A stretch of 64,000 nucleotides of DNA from Macrostomum lignano. Its lineage: Eukaryota. Where the stretch lies: positions 124,001 to 188,000 of the forward strand of contig NIVC01002150.1 in assembly GCA_002269645.1 (NCBI GenBank). Direction: 5' to 3'. Below the pieces are notes generated by a model. It had not been told where the DNA came from and did not search any database. It was given only the letters and a program-made list of their open reading frames with translations. Below, one piece after another: positions 51,711 to 62,619 of this stretch (positions within the stretch are counted from its first letter, which is position 1; every line of letters begins with the position of its first letter). Both the position numbers and the translations under genes were made by a program.

Positions 51711-52285
51711 GTGGCGCAACTTGCGGGGTCGCTTCATAAGCTCGAAATTTCACAACCTCAAAAATTTTAGCAGCAGACTTCATAAGCTCGAAATTTCACA
51801 ACCTCGAAAACCATTTTAGCAGCCGACTTCACAAGCTCGAAATATCACAACCTCGAAAACCATTTTAGCAGCCGACTTCACAAGCTCGAAATATCACAAC
51901 CTCGAAAACCATTTTAGCAGCCGACTTCACAAGCTCGAAATTTCACAACCTCGAAAACCATTTTAGCAGCCGACTTCACAAGCTCGAAGTTTCACAACCT
52001 CGAAAACCATTTTAGCAGCCGACTTCACAAGCTCGGGGTTTCACAACCTCGAAAACCATTTTAGCAGCCGACTTCACAAGCTCGAAATTTCATATCCTCG
52101 AAACTGGGTTAAGCTCAGACAGACAAACAGACAGACACTAAAGACACTAAGATAGACAGTAAATTTTCGAGCTTGTGAAATTTCGAGCTTGTGAAGTCGG
52201 CTGCTAAAATGGTTTTCGAGGTTGTGAAATTTCGAGCTTGTGAAATTTCGAGCTTGTGAAAGCAACCCGCAACAACTTGCGCCAC
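51711..52285. mobile_element. Foldback-like element with tandemly repetitive inverted arms
   Basis: Termini GTGGCGCAA...TTGCGCCAC. The left arm has about 7 copies of a 49-bp unit (TTCACAAGCTCGAAATTTCACAACCTCGAAAACCATTTTAGCAGCCGAC). The right arm carries the reverse complement. The spacer has (CAGA)-rich sequence. No TSD found. Confidence 0.7.
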
Positions 52286-52844
52286 GCAACGCAGAATTGG
52301 GCTGGGTGTTGAGGGATTGGGAAGAGCGGAAGGCAAAGATTAGATGGATTGAATCTTCCGCCCGGTTTTCATTGTTTTTTCTAGCATTTTTTACTATCAA
52401 TACGCTCGTAGTTGGCAAGGTGATAGACGCTGGCCGAAGACACTGCTCACTGGGGCAAAGGGTGGCAAATTTTCAATGTTGCTGAGTATATCTAATTTAA
52501 TGGGTTAGTTCTTGCTGCATTATTGAGATTAAAAATTTCCATAACCACCATTTTGCATTCTTCATCACATCGAACCGCACAAATGAATAAATACATGTCT
52601 ACATTCTACAATTGCCAAGCCTGCTAGTTGAATCTCGGTCAAGTCTGCATGAATTTCTCCTCTGGAGGGTTTGGGTGGCAATAAGAGAACTCTCGCCCTA
52701 CCTATAGTCTTAAGCAACATTGATTGCTTCAGCCAATCCGAGTAAGAAAAGAGCGGTGCGCATAGATGTTAAAAACGATAGGGCTGATCCTCTAAGTCTA
52801 GGATTGATGGAAAAAGTCAAGCACTCAGATTCCAAAACTGCGTA

Positions 52845-53682
52845 ATGGAGAAACCAATACCTATCGCTAAAAGTGGGACACACGACGATCTCAGCACAAG
52901 TGGGTGCCGGCAGCAGCAATGCAAACAGCATAACGTGCTCCATCAAGACCAACAATATCCGCACCTGCTCTTACCGTGCGAGCAGGAGTCGAACGAGCAG
53001 CGGCAGGTGCAGACGCACAAGACTAAACACATGATGGCTAAGCGGAACGCCAGGGAGAGGCAGCGCGTCAAGGCTGTAAATTTGGCTTTTAGTAGACTTA
53101 GAAGGTAGGATCGATAGTACGGCAATCGTTCCGTGTATATTTATACGTGTTGCATGTTAGTGCTGATGCGAATATACAAATGTTTCAATGACAGTGCGTG
53201 TTTTGAGTGCATCTTATAGTGTGATAAAAGTTCTTGGCTGTAGCATCTCATTTATGGTATTCTGATGACCGGCTTGAAAACTAGTTTAATGAAGTGAGAC
53301 ACACAAGTGTCACAAACGAAGGGACATTAAAGCACTGCATAATCAGACACTACAAAAACGGGACCTGCATGCAGGGAATGGCATGAAAGGATCTGAAGGG
53401 ACCTGCATGCAGGGAATGACATGAAAGGATTGGAAGGGAAATGCACAGTCCTCATGCTGAACCCGCAGGCACATCCCGTACGAGAACAAGGGAAAGCGGC
53501 TATCCAAGATGAAGACGCTGCGCATAGCCATAGACTACATCCGGCTGCTGCAGTCGGTGCTAGGCGAGCTGGACTCCGGTGTCAGCCCGGGCAGCAGTGC
53601 CAGCTACCGGGCGCTGCTGGCGCTGGCGCGGAGCAAAGAGGCGTCGCCCTGTTTTATTTGGCACGGCGGCGGCAACGTTTGA
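52845..53682 (+). CDS. Achaete-scute family bHLH transcription factor, 2 exons, about 157 aa
   Basis: Exons 52845-53104 and 53469-53682 join in phase 2 to give AKRNARERQRVKAVNLAFSRLRRHIPYENKGKRLSKMKTLRIAIDYIRLLQ, closest to the ASCL RERNRVKLVNLGF signature. Confidence 0.88.
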
Positions 53683-55764
53683 GAAAACGTATTTCAGGAG
53701 AACGTATTTTCAGTATTTCAGGAGAAATACTGAACCGTGTTAAAGCTTTTAACACTGCAGGTTGTAGTGTACAAATCATATAGTCATTGGCTTGAAATAG
53801 TAACAACAATCGTTATAATATGTACACGTATCTTTTTAACAGCACCGGTTTATTGAACGTTGAATGCATGAATAAATGTGCAGTGCATGAATGTACGCGC
53901 GGTTTAAAAATCAGCATAAACTGTGGCTGAATGAAACGGTAGCTCACATGTAATTAAATTAACGTGTAGCTCGTAGTCTAACGGTAGGTTTTTTCGTCTT
54001 ATGTTTATCCTATCAGTCAAGAGAAAACCCCCTACGGCCCTACGTGATCTGGGCTTGAATACTTACTCATTATTGTGTTCGGTCTTAATGATTCATAATG
54101 TTAAACCGGTTTCGAAAGTAAAATAAATGCCTATTTTATGGTCTTAGGCCCTTTAGACAGGTTGATTGTCGCTCTTGTGTTGGACCATCGCTTCTCCCCC
54201 AGAGTTCGGCGGTTTCTTCCGGTTGGTTGACTGACTTTCCAGGCCGCTGCACATTGCTGTTGCCCCGGGCCGGTGTGCGTGAGTCTTCTCTAATGTTCTT
54301 TAATGAGTTTTGGGCTGACTACGTTCATAGATGCTCTTTAAATATATCTTTTCTTCTATCCTCCAGAGGTCAAGCGTTGTTCCTGGTGGTAGCTAGTTAA
54401 GACCATCCAGCTCCAGCACATATGGACGCTGATTGCTCGGCCAGAGGCATTTTGTCCTGTTGCGCAATGCCGTTTAAGTTGGTAGTTTAAATGCGAAGAC
54501 AGATAGGCAATTCTGATTACTGTACTTATAGTGTGAAATAAAGTCAAGACAGAACTTTATTGTGGCACAAAAGCACGAAAAACATTACAGGCTAAAGAAC
54601 CTGCCTTATATTGAAACTATTTGTTATCGATCGACTGACTCACCGCAACCCTCCAAACCGTGCTGCGCTAGCAAAGTACATGCAACGAGAGATAGTCACC
54701 AAAACAACTTAACCTAGCCCCCGCCCCCGGCGCGCACCCAGGCCAAGCTATCACAGTGGCTCAGCTAAAAGCGCAAAACCAACGTATACTACTTATATAA
54801 TTTTACCCAGAGACGATACGAGATTTGTTTGGGCCATTTATTAGTCTGCGTGAACATCAGGACTGGTGATTGCTAGTTTTCTTGTCCTTCCATTGTCACT
54901 AATATTTTCTGTACGCTTTTGCGTCGGCATGGTTCGCTCTTCTCTTCGACGGAAAAGCTCCGTCGACTCCATAGCTGTCTTTAGAATTCACCATCTTCAG
55001 ATATTTTCAAGAAAGTTTCTATATATTTTTCTGTCTTAATGTGGCAATAGTCACAGGTCTATAAGAGCATGTGTCTATAGTTTCTGCAGTGACATTGATT
55101 TGAATTCCCAATCTTGCGCGCGGCTCAACACATAGAGCCGCGTAGCCGTCTGCAGAAGCACAATTAGCTGCATTGTCTCCTCTCCACTCCCGTTCTGACC
55201 CCCTCTATAGCAGCGGGGTTACGAAAGTCCAGGACTTTTCAAGCTCTTCAAACTCAAAAAGCCATGGTTATGAAGCTTTCGTTGAAAAAAAACTAGCTAT
55301 AGCTACCTACCATGAATAAATGAAACTTGATTTGAACGGACTCAACTCTGCTTTATCCTACGACGCCGCGACTGCTGACTGTCGCAGTGGAGAAAAATGA
55401 GCTTTCAAGCCCATTGTCTAATAGAAGATGCACCCCCCAGCCTCACAATTATGGGCCTCTGGCGGCTGCAGGCTTTTTTGAAATTGTAGCTGAATACGAG
55501 TATATTGTCTTCTGGGTATTTTCCATCTTAATTTTCCATTTTAATTTTTTACCCTCAGCGTCTGAAGATGCTTTGACACACAATTCGCTAGACTTGCCTT
55601 GCATATTCAAAACTTTATTAGTTGACTACCTTCATTGTCATTCGAGGAAACTTCTATAGTGCGGAAATTTCCAAATCACCCCATCCTGCAGCGGCACCCT
55701 TTAGCTGCCAGCTAAGTGTGTTAGTGCAGGCCGAGTTTCTTATTTTAAGCACCCATACAGTGGG

Positions 55765-55937
55765 CTAGTATTTAAAAAGCCGACAGCCGCGCCCTGATGC
55801 TCAGCAGACAGCTTTCGCAAGCAGTAAAAATTGGTTGAAACTTCACTGTTTACCTCTGACAGACCAGACGGTAAGTATGCTAGATTATGAACTACAATAT
55901 CAGGTCTCTAGATTTTACTCTTAAACTTGTTTTTCAG
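55765..55937 (+). promoter_or_regulatory. Putative TATA promoter, non-coding first exon and 67-bp 5'UTR intron of the VWA gene
   Basis: TATTTAAAAAG near 55769. Strong donor ACG|GTAAGT at 55871 and acceptor TTTTCAG at 55937, 16 nt before the ATG at 55954. Confidence 0.6.
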
Positions 55938-55953
55938 AAAGCAAATCTTCCCG

Positions 55954-57591
55954 ATGGTCCGCTGGGTCCCAATTCTCGCACTGCTGTGCGCCATCCTGCA
56001 CGCTATGCGGCCCGTGACCGCGGCTGTGGATCAAACTCTGCAGCCGAAAGCTAAAGGGGCCGACGTGGTCCGAGCCACAGTTCGCAAGATCCGCAACAGC
56101 TGCATCTTTCCCAACGACTTAGGATTTCTATTGCGCGTCGCATATGTGGAGTCGAAATTCGGCCTCAACGCCAACACGTTTCGTTCCGACGCTGATGGTT
56201 TTGGCAAAGGCATCTGGCAGTTGGACAAAATCGGATTCGACGACACCAAACTCGGAAGCAGTACAAAAAGAAACTTGGTGAAGGAGAAGTTCGGAATCGA
56301 CTGGACAACTATGACATACGCATCCGCTAACATGAACGTGCCGCTCTACAACGCTCTTGCTGCGCGACTGCTGCTCTCTCGAAAACCGGCCGCGATTCCA
56401 TCTGGCATTGAAGCGCAGGCCAAATATTGGAAGACCTATTACAACAGTGGCGCTGGCAAAGGCTCTGTAGATAAATTTATCAGCGACGTCAAGAGCATAC
56501 AGCCTTGCAGTACCGTTGGTGCCGACCTGCTATTCATCCTGGACGCTAGCGGCAGCATCGGATCCAGCAACTTTCAGCTCATGAAGCAGGTGCTGATTGC
56601 AGTTGCTAATAAATTAACGATAGGCCCCGCGGCTACGCAGGTAGCTGTGATCACGTTTTCCAGCCGAATAAATGAGAAGATAGAATTTGGCCAACATTCA
56701 ACACTGAGCTCTTTGACTTCGGCCATTAAAGCGTTGTCGTACACAAGCGGAGGCACGAACACGAATCTGGCATTGGATCTCGTCGGATCCACGTTCCAGT
56801 CTGCTAGACCTCTGAGGGAAGGCTTTCCCCGGCTGCTTATCGTGCTGACAGACGGTGAATCGAATAACCCTGAAGCCACTCGCCTGGCTGCGAACAGACT
56901 GAATGCGTACAGCTGGCTTGAGCGCTACGCCGTTGGCATGGAATCGGACGTAAATCATGATGAACTGGAAACCATCGCGTCATGCTCGCATGTTTATATT
57001 ATAAAATCTGTCAGCGAGATCACCGGCCTGACGGACGATCTTTACGAGCTCGCCTGCCAATCGTCGGTTGCGCTGCCTACGGTCAATGCCGGCTTCGCAA
57101 CCATGTCTGGAACGCTGCCGCCGGGCACGCCTCGGAATGTGCGCGACACGGCGGTCTCTCGCGCTATCGGAAGAACCTACGCTCTGCAGGTGACTTCCGG
57201 TTGGGCTAATCTCTACGTGTCCCTCGGCATGGAGAACCCGAGCTCTGCTGTCAATGACTACTCAGCGGAGGCGACCCCAGGCCGATCGGCAGTCGTGTTT
57301 GTCAGCTCCGCAGACCTGGCAGCCTCATCTTCTCCGCTGAGCAGGCGCAAACGCGAGCTGTCCAGCAGCGGCAGCAACTCCAGTACGGCCGCCAACTCAA
57401 GTATCGTTTTGTACCTGTCGATTGTACCCAAAGAAGACAGCGGGTCGGTGACGTACACGCTTGAAGCCCGCGATGGCGACGCTCGCTCGCTTTATCCGAA
57501 CTCAAACGCTGGCGGGCCAACACTGCTGCACTGGTCGAAGCTGGCTTTGCTCGTGGGCATGGCGATTGGCGTGGTCGCGGTTTTTGATTGA
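55954..57591 (+). CDS. Secreted, probably GPI-anchored protein: signal peptide + lysozyme-like (SLT/phage-type) domain + VWA (MIDAS) domain + furin site, 545 aa
   Basis: Single ORF. Signal peptide MVRWVPILALLCAILHAMRPVTAA. The N-domain has RVAYVES.FG, GIWQ.D, ALAARL and QAKYWKTYYNS. The VWA domain from 56521 has DASGS, GGTNT and LTDG. RRKR at 57343-57354. Hydrophobic C-terminus with no cytoplasmic tail. The VWA call is secure and the lysozyme-fold call comes from motif recall. Confidence 0.9.
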   Translation: MVRWVPILALLCAILHAMRPVTAAVDQTLQPKAKGADVVRATVRKIRNSCIFPNDLGFLLRVAYVESKFGLNANTFRSDADGFGKGIWQLDKIGFDDTKLGSSTKRNLVKEKFGIDWTTMTYASANMNVPLYNALAARLLLSRKPAAIPSGIEAQAKYWKTYYNSGAGKGSVDKFISDVKSIQPCSTVGADLLFILDASGSIGSSNFQLMKQVLIAVANKLTIGPAATQVAVITFSSRINEKIEFGQHSTLSSLTSAIKALSYTSGGTNTNLALDLVGSTFQSARPLREGFPRLLIVLTDGESNNPEATRLAANRLNAYSWLERYAVGMESDVNHDELETIASCSHVYIIKSVSEITGLTDDLYELACQSSVALPTVNAGFATMSGTLPPGTPRNVRDTAVSRAIGRTYALQVTSGWANLYVSLGMENPSSAVNDYSAEATPGRSAVVFVSSADLAASSSPLSRRKRELSSSGSNSSTAANSSIVLYLSIVPKEDSGSVTYTLEARDGDARSLYPNSNAGGPTLLHWSKLALLVGMAIGVVAVFD

Positions 57592-58264
57592 GTCGCTTCA
57601 ACTGGAAACTGACAAGTGACGCTGTTTATTTCAAACTATAATTATTCCAGAAAAACTAGCCACGCCACACGCGTACTTCTATCGCAAACCAACACTATTT
57701 ATTCCGAGATGCTATGCTTGTTATCCAGACTAAAACTTAACAGCAGGAGTAACAAAGAACTAACAAAAGTGCCATATTTTCATGTAGTTGATAGCGAGGG
57801 GTCAAATCAAGGCGACGACAAAAGGACGCACATGCACACAGATACGAGGTGCCTTGAAAGTACGCAGGCACGCGCTCACATCGGGTGTACAGCGGTCCTG
57901 TGACTGGCATAACAAGCATAACAAGGTGCTTAAATGTTTTTGCTTAAGCAAACTGCACAAATTCTAAAACGATGCTTTTCTACAAGTTTTCTCCTATTTA
58001 ACTTTTTTTCTTTTTCAGCACTTCTCGAGAGTTACAAGCCTAATGTCTTCACGTGTAGTTCATATACATGAAGTACATTTTGTAAAACAAAAGTAAATAT
58101 ACGCAAACGCAGAATATATTCAAATTCTTTTATCGACATAAAAAATAACAAAGCAAACTGTAACTCTAAATGAATTTTTCAAATTAAAAAAAGCAACAAT
58201 GAATAAATATATGAATGAGTATTTTAAGAATGCATAGAAAGTGTTGCACTTTACCAAATAATCC

Positions 58265-59000
58265 TTTCGATACATATCGGCAATCGATGGAAATAGACGC
58301 ACTAGTGCACTTATACATGCCTGAGCAAAAAGAAAAAATGACTAACCTCGACTATGGAGAACAAGTTTAAATTATCATGTACCTTACACGCATTTATACA
58401 TGCATATTACTGTTCTTAAATTAATTTAACATAGCATATTGCCAAAAATCTCCTATGCAAGTCCTACATAAGGGTATTAAAAAATGCCAACTGGAAAAGA
58501 CAATACTAATTAAGAGTTAAATTTACTTTCGATACATATCAGCAATAAATAACTATGTTCCTTTCGCAGTACTGCACTTTGATGCAGGGAATGGAATTCG
58601 GACACTTGAATAGTTTTACCGCAAATCGCTGATAAGACAGCTTCTGTAAAGTGCGACAGGAAATATCTACTTTCGATACATATCGTCGCGTCATTTACCT
58701 ATGTTAATTCTACACCCACGAGTAGGTCTTAACTGCTACATATAGATACGATGTAATTTAGCTTACAATGACCGTCCGGAAAATCAATCTAAAATAGGAT
58801 CTACAACTACTGTCTGAAAATTTCCAGAATAAATAATTTCGATACATATCGGCGAGGAATAAAAATCGCCTCAATTTTATACTAGATGCTCACACACGCA
58901 ATAGGTCCTGAAAATCAGACAGCAAAGTTGACTAACCGCCGTCAGAAAAAATTCCCTCCTAGTTTCGACTCTAAAAAGTTGACTTTCGATACATATCGGC
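58265..59000. repeat. Five interspersed copies of TTTCGATACATATCG(G)C with divergent spacers
   Basis: Copies start at 58265, 58527, 58671, 58837 and 58984. Confidence 0.9.
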
Positions 59001-59028
59001 AACAAATAAAAGTCGCCACTCCCTACAT

Positions 59029-59283
59029 CAGGGGCCGCGAAGCCTCTCTAAGACCCTTGGGTCCTTTGAAACTTCGCAATAGCAATCCAGCCTGCTGAAG
59101 GTTTGTGTCACTTCTCAGCTCTCTTCCCTCTAATATCCTCTCTCTTTTCTCTTCACTCGTCTCTCATTTATTTCGTCTCTCCTCTCTTATCTCTTCCCTC
59201 CCCTCTCTCTCCCACTCTGGCCAGCAGTCATGCGCCAGATTCTCTATCTGGCCCTTGAGGTACAGAAAGTTTGCCGACCCCTG
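59029..59283. mobile_element. hAT-type MITE (CAGGGG termini) with CT-rich interior
   Basis: Imperfect TIRs CAGGGGCCGCGAAGC and GTTTGCCGACCCCTG. Flanks CCCTACAT/CCCTAAAC match 6/8. Related pieces lie at about 44540-44615 and about 34137. Confidence 0.62.
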
Positions 59284-59285
59284 CC

Positions 59286-62200
59286 CTAAACGCACGCGTA
59301 GGTCCTGGGCGCTACGCAGATAATTTGACTGTCCTCCGCCATTCGGTCCAGCAGGCGGCGCAGCCCGGCCTCCGTCAGGCCCGGGTAGCAGCCGCGCCGC
59401 TCCCTCCGCAGCCGGCCCAGCAAGGCCAGCTCACTGACTCCGCCGCCGCTGCCCGTAGGAGCCGCCGCCGACGCCATCGACGCCGATGCTCCACCTCCTT
59501 CTGTTGAAGCGTCTCGCAGATGGCGCAGCGTCGCCACAATGTCCGCCCGAAGTCTCGAGTCGGCCTCGCACAGCTGGTACTGCTGGCGGCCAGTGTCCTC
59601 GCATAGCCAGGCCCGCAGCTGGCCGGATGCGACCAGCGGATCCAGCAGCCCCGACTTGATCGCCTGCTTGGTGCCAATCGACGACAGCCAGTTGGCGCTG
59701 AGCAGCAGATCCGGCAGAGTGAACTGGTGCAACCGGTGCGCGCGCAGGTGCTCAACCAGGCGCTCCTGAGACTGAGTCTCCTGGGAGATTGTGTTTTCGT
59801 TATTGAAACAGACTTTAAATCAGTTAGAGTTGCTTGTTTGGCGATAAATTAAAATAGAAAACTGAGAATCTGAATTAAGGCTTCGACGTGTTATGAATTT
59901 CTGTACACTAAAGCCTAACCTCCTCTAACCTCAACACCCAGCTTATTTCTGTGTTTCATCAGAGAATACACTTACTGCATTTGTTACATTTTAATGTCGA
60001 AAAAGTTGCATAATAATGCCCGATACATACGGTACAGCCGGGGCGTCGCCACAAAGGGAAAGGGGACATGTCCATGTCTTCATGTCTTCAGGACGCCTAA
60101 ATGAGTGCCTGCGGCGCCTAAATGAGTGCCTGCGGCGCTAAAATGAGTGCCTGCGGCGCCAAAATGAGTGCCTGCGGCGCTAAAATAAGTGCCTTCGGCG
60201 CCAAAATGAGTGCCTGCGGCGCTAAGAGCGCTAAAATGAGTGCCTGCGGCGCCTAAATGAGTGCCTGCGGCGCCTAAATGAGTGCCTGCGGCGCCAAAAT
60301 GAGTGCCTGCGGCGCTAAAATGAGTGCCTGCGGCGCCAAAATGAGTGCCTGCGGCGCTAAGAGCGCTAAAATGAGTGCCTGCGGCGCCTAAATGAGTGCC
60401 TGCGGCGCCTAAATGAGTGCCTGCGGCGCCTAAATGAGTGCCTGCGGCGCCTAAATGAGTGCCTGCGGCGCCAAAATGAGTGCCTGCGGCGCTAAAATGA
60501 GTGCCTGCGGCGCCAAAATGAGTGCCTGCGGCGCCTAAATGAGTGCCTGCGGCGCCTAAATGAGTGCCTGCGGCGCCAAAATGAGTGCCTGCGGCGCTAA
60601 AATGAGTGCCTGCGGCGCCAAAATGAGTGCCTGCGGCGCCTAAATGAGTGGCTGCGGCGCCTAAATGAGTGCTAACAACACCAATTCCCAAAATAATGTA
60701 GGAATTTTGTCATGTAGAATTCCTGACATTGTCCCCCCATCATAAAAGCCGTTTTGATGGTTCCAGGCTAATCAGTAAATGTGACGAGGTTTTGTTCGAA
60801 ATTTAAATTCATATTGGCTTCTCCGTTGCGTTAATTTCGGCCCTGTAATCTGATTTGATAGCCTGTCTACTAACGGTAGTATATACCGGTATGGAGATAC
60901 GCAGCTATACATGTGGGCGAGGTGGCATTGATCACAACGTTTTCGCATCTCTTTCACTCTGTAGCAACGGAAAAAGACTTAGGTTCGATTTTATTGAGAA
61001 GCCAATAATGCTGCAAGTATTGTATAAGCGAATGCAACTCAGCGGAAACGCGTTCCACTTTCGCGCCTCTCTTAGTTCAATTCTCTCCTATTAGGGCTCG
61101 CCCCGAAGGCACAGAGCGTGTGTGCTGAATTGCCTTAGCGTTGGCGTTGTGACAGGATGCCCGCAACCCTCCTGCGAGCATTCATGTACATGTATATTTA
61201 TCTACAGGCCGAGTTCTCACTCACCCGGTGCTTGGCCGCCTCAGCCAGGCGAACCTGCCTGCTCAGCCCGTCGGGCAGCCGCAGCCGCAGGCTGTAGCCA
61301 AACTGGCAGCTCGGATCGGCCAGCTGGGCCAGCCTGCTCAGCCTGAGCAGCTCCTCGCCAGGCTCGGCCACCCGATGATAGCCGCAGCTGAGCTCCCGGC
61401 TGCCGCGGAATTCCCGCACCAGGCCCCTGGCGTGCAGGCTGAGGCCCGGCCTGGGCGCCGGCTGGGCCGCCTCGGCCGCCTGCGTCTCCGCTAGCAGCAG
61501 CTCAGCCAGGCTGTCCTCAGCACCCAGCGTTGTCAGGCCGGCCAGCGCGGCTGTTGCGACGGCGCTGCTATCGCCGTAGGAACTGCCAGTCGTGGTTGCT
61601 ATGGCAACCGCGTCGAGCTGCCTGGCCGCTCGGAAACTGTGCAGCGACGGCGGCGGCGGCTGCCGCGGCTTCCACAGGGTGCAGCCGATTGAGCCGGTAC
61701 CGTCGTCAACTGCAAGGAGGAAGATGGGACGACTGCACTCAGATACTGGCAGTTTGGGAAGGGGGGCAGGGTATGATTCAGATAGGGCTGATGGCCAACT
61801 CCTAATCCTCAGTGAGTCGCTACGATCACATGACCCTTTAGTGAGTCGCTACGATCACATGACCCTTTAGTGAGTCGCTACGATCACATGACACTTTAGT
61901 GAGTCGCTACGATCACATGACACTTCAGTGAGTCGCACCTACCCTCAATATTTCAGTGAACCGCAACTATGCCAAGATGAATCAGGGAAGTCGCCACTAT
62001 CCCCTGACACTAGTGGGCTGCCACTATTCCGGGACTCAAAAAGCAGCAACTACACCAACTACTAACAAGTAGCATAACTACGAGTAGCAAAAAAGTATCT
62101 TTTACGGTAAATCCAAATTGAACGTGAGACAGGGCAGAGGTGTGCACTATTATTGCTAATTATTAAAACTCAGCTGTGCGGGTGTGGCACAAAAACTTCG

Positions 62201-62356
62201 CTCACATCTGGTTTGGCCCACCGCCCCCCCCCCTAGTCCGCGCGAACTCACCCAGGCACTTGAAGTAACCGTCAAACTCCGTAGCCGAACGGCACAGCCC
62301 GATGACGTCAAACTTTCTGACCAGCTTTCTGCCTACTCGATATGAGACTCCGCCGT
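59286..62356 (-). CDS. STN1: CST complex subunit STN1 (OBFC1); 5' exon(s) unresolved
   Basis: Exons 62356-62252, 61709-61225 and 59780-59286 are phase-consistent (1/0). OB-fold VRKFDVIG...FKCLVDDGTGSIGCTLWK and LHARGLVREFRGSREL. The C-terminal winged-helix region ends PGLTEAGLRRLLDRMAEDSQIICVAPRTY, matching human PGLSEAVLQQVLELLEDQSDIVSTMEHYY. Confidence 0.88.
60095..60672. repeat. 21-bp tandem array x about 27 in an STN1 intron
   Basis: AAATGAGTGCCTGCGGCGCC(T/A), preceded by a GGGCGTCGCCACA..GGGGACATGTC MITE-like terminus at about 60038. Confidence 0.94.
61811..61935. repeat. 29-bp tandem repeat x 4 in an STN1 intron
   Basis: AGTGAGTCGCTACGATCACATGACCCTTT. Confidence 0.9.
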
Positions 62357-62619
62357 CTATAGCGGGTAGATGGAGAGATGGAAAGAGATAGGAATTACAT
62401 AATGAGTAAACAATTTTCTCTTAAAGCAAGCGGAGCTTTTAAAAAGAGCGCGGCGGAGGAAGAGACTGATATTTGGAGGGCAAGAAAACTTTTTGGAGAA
62501 GTACTTTTAACTTTCTAAGCTAGAGATAGTCAACAATAAGTAGCTGTTTGATAAGCTTGCTGAGCAGGTGAGATAGAGTGACAGCGGCGACAGGTAAAAG
62601 ACTGGTAGATGGCGTAGAA

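Noticed and set aside
53262-53295. Hammerhead ribozyme core (CTGATGA...GAAA)
   Set aside because: No stem II can form between the motifs and no stems I or III were found.
60080-60691. 203-aa AAGTHLG-repeat ORF that looks like an antifreeze or elastomeric protein
   Set aside because: It is a 21-bp array in an STN1 intron, and a stop-free frame is expected from the unit sequence.
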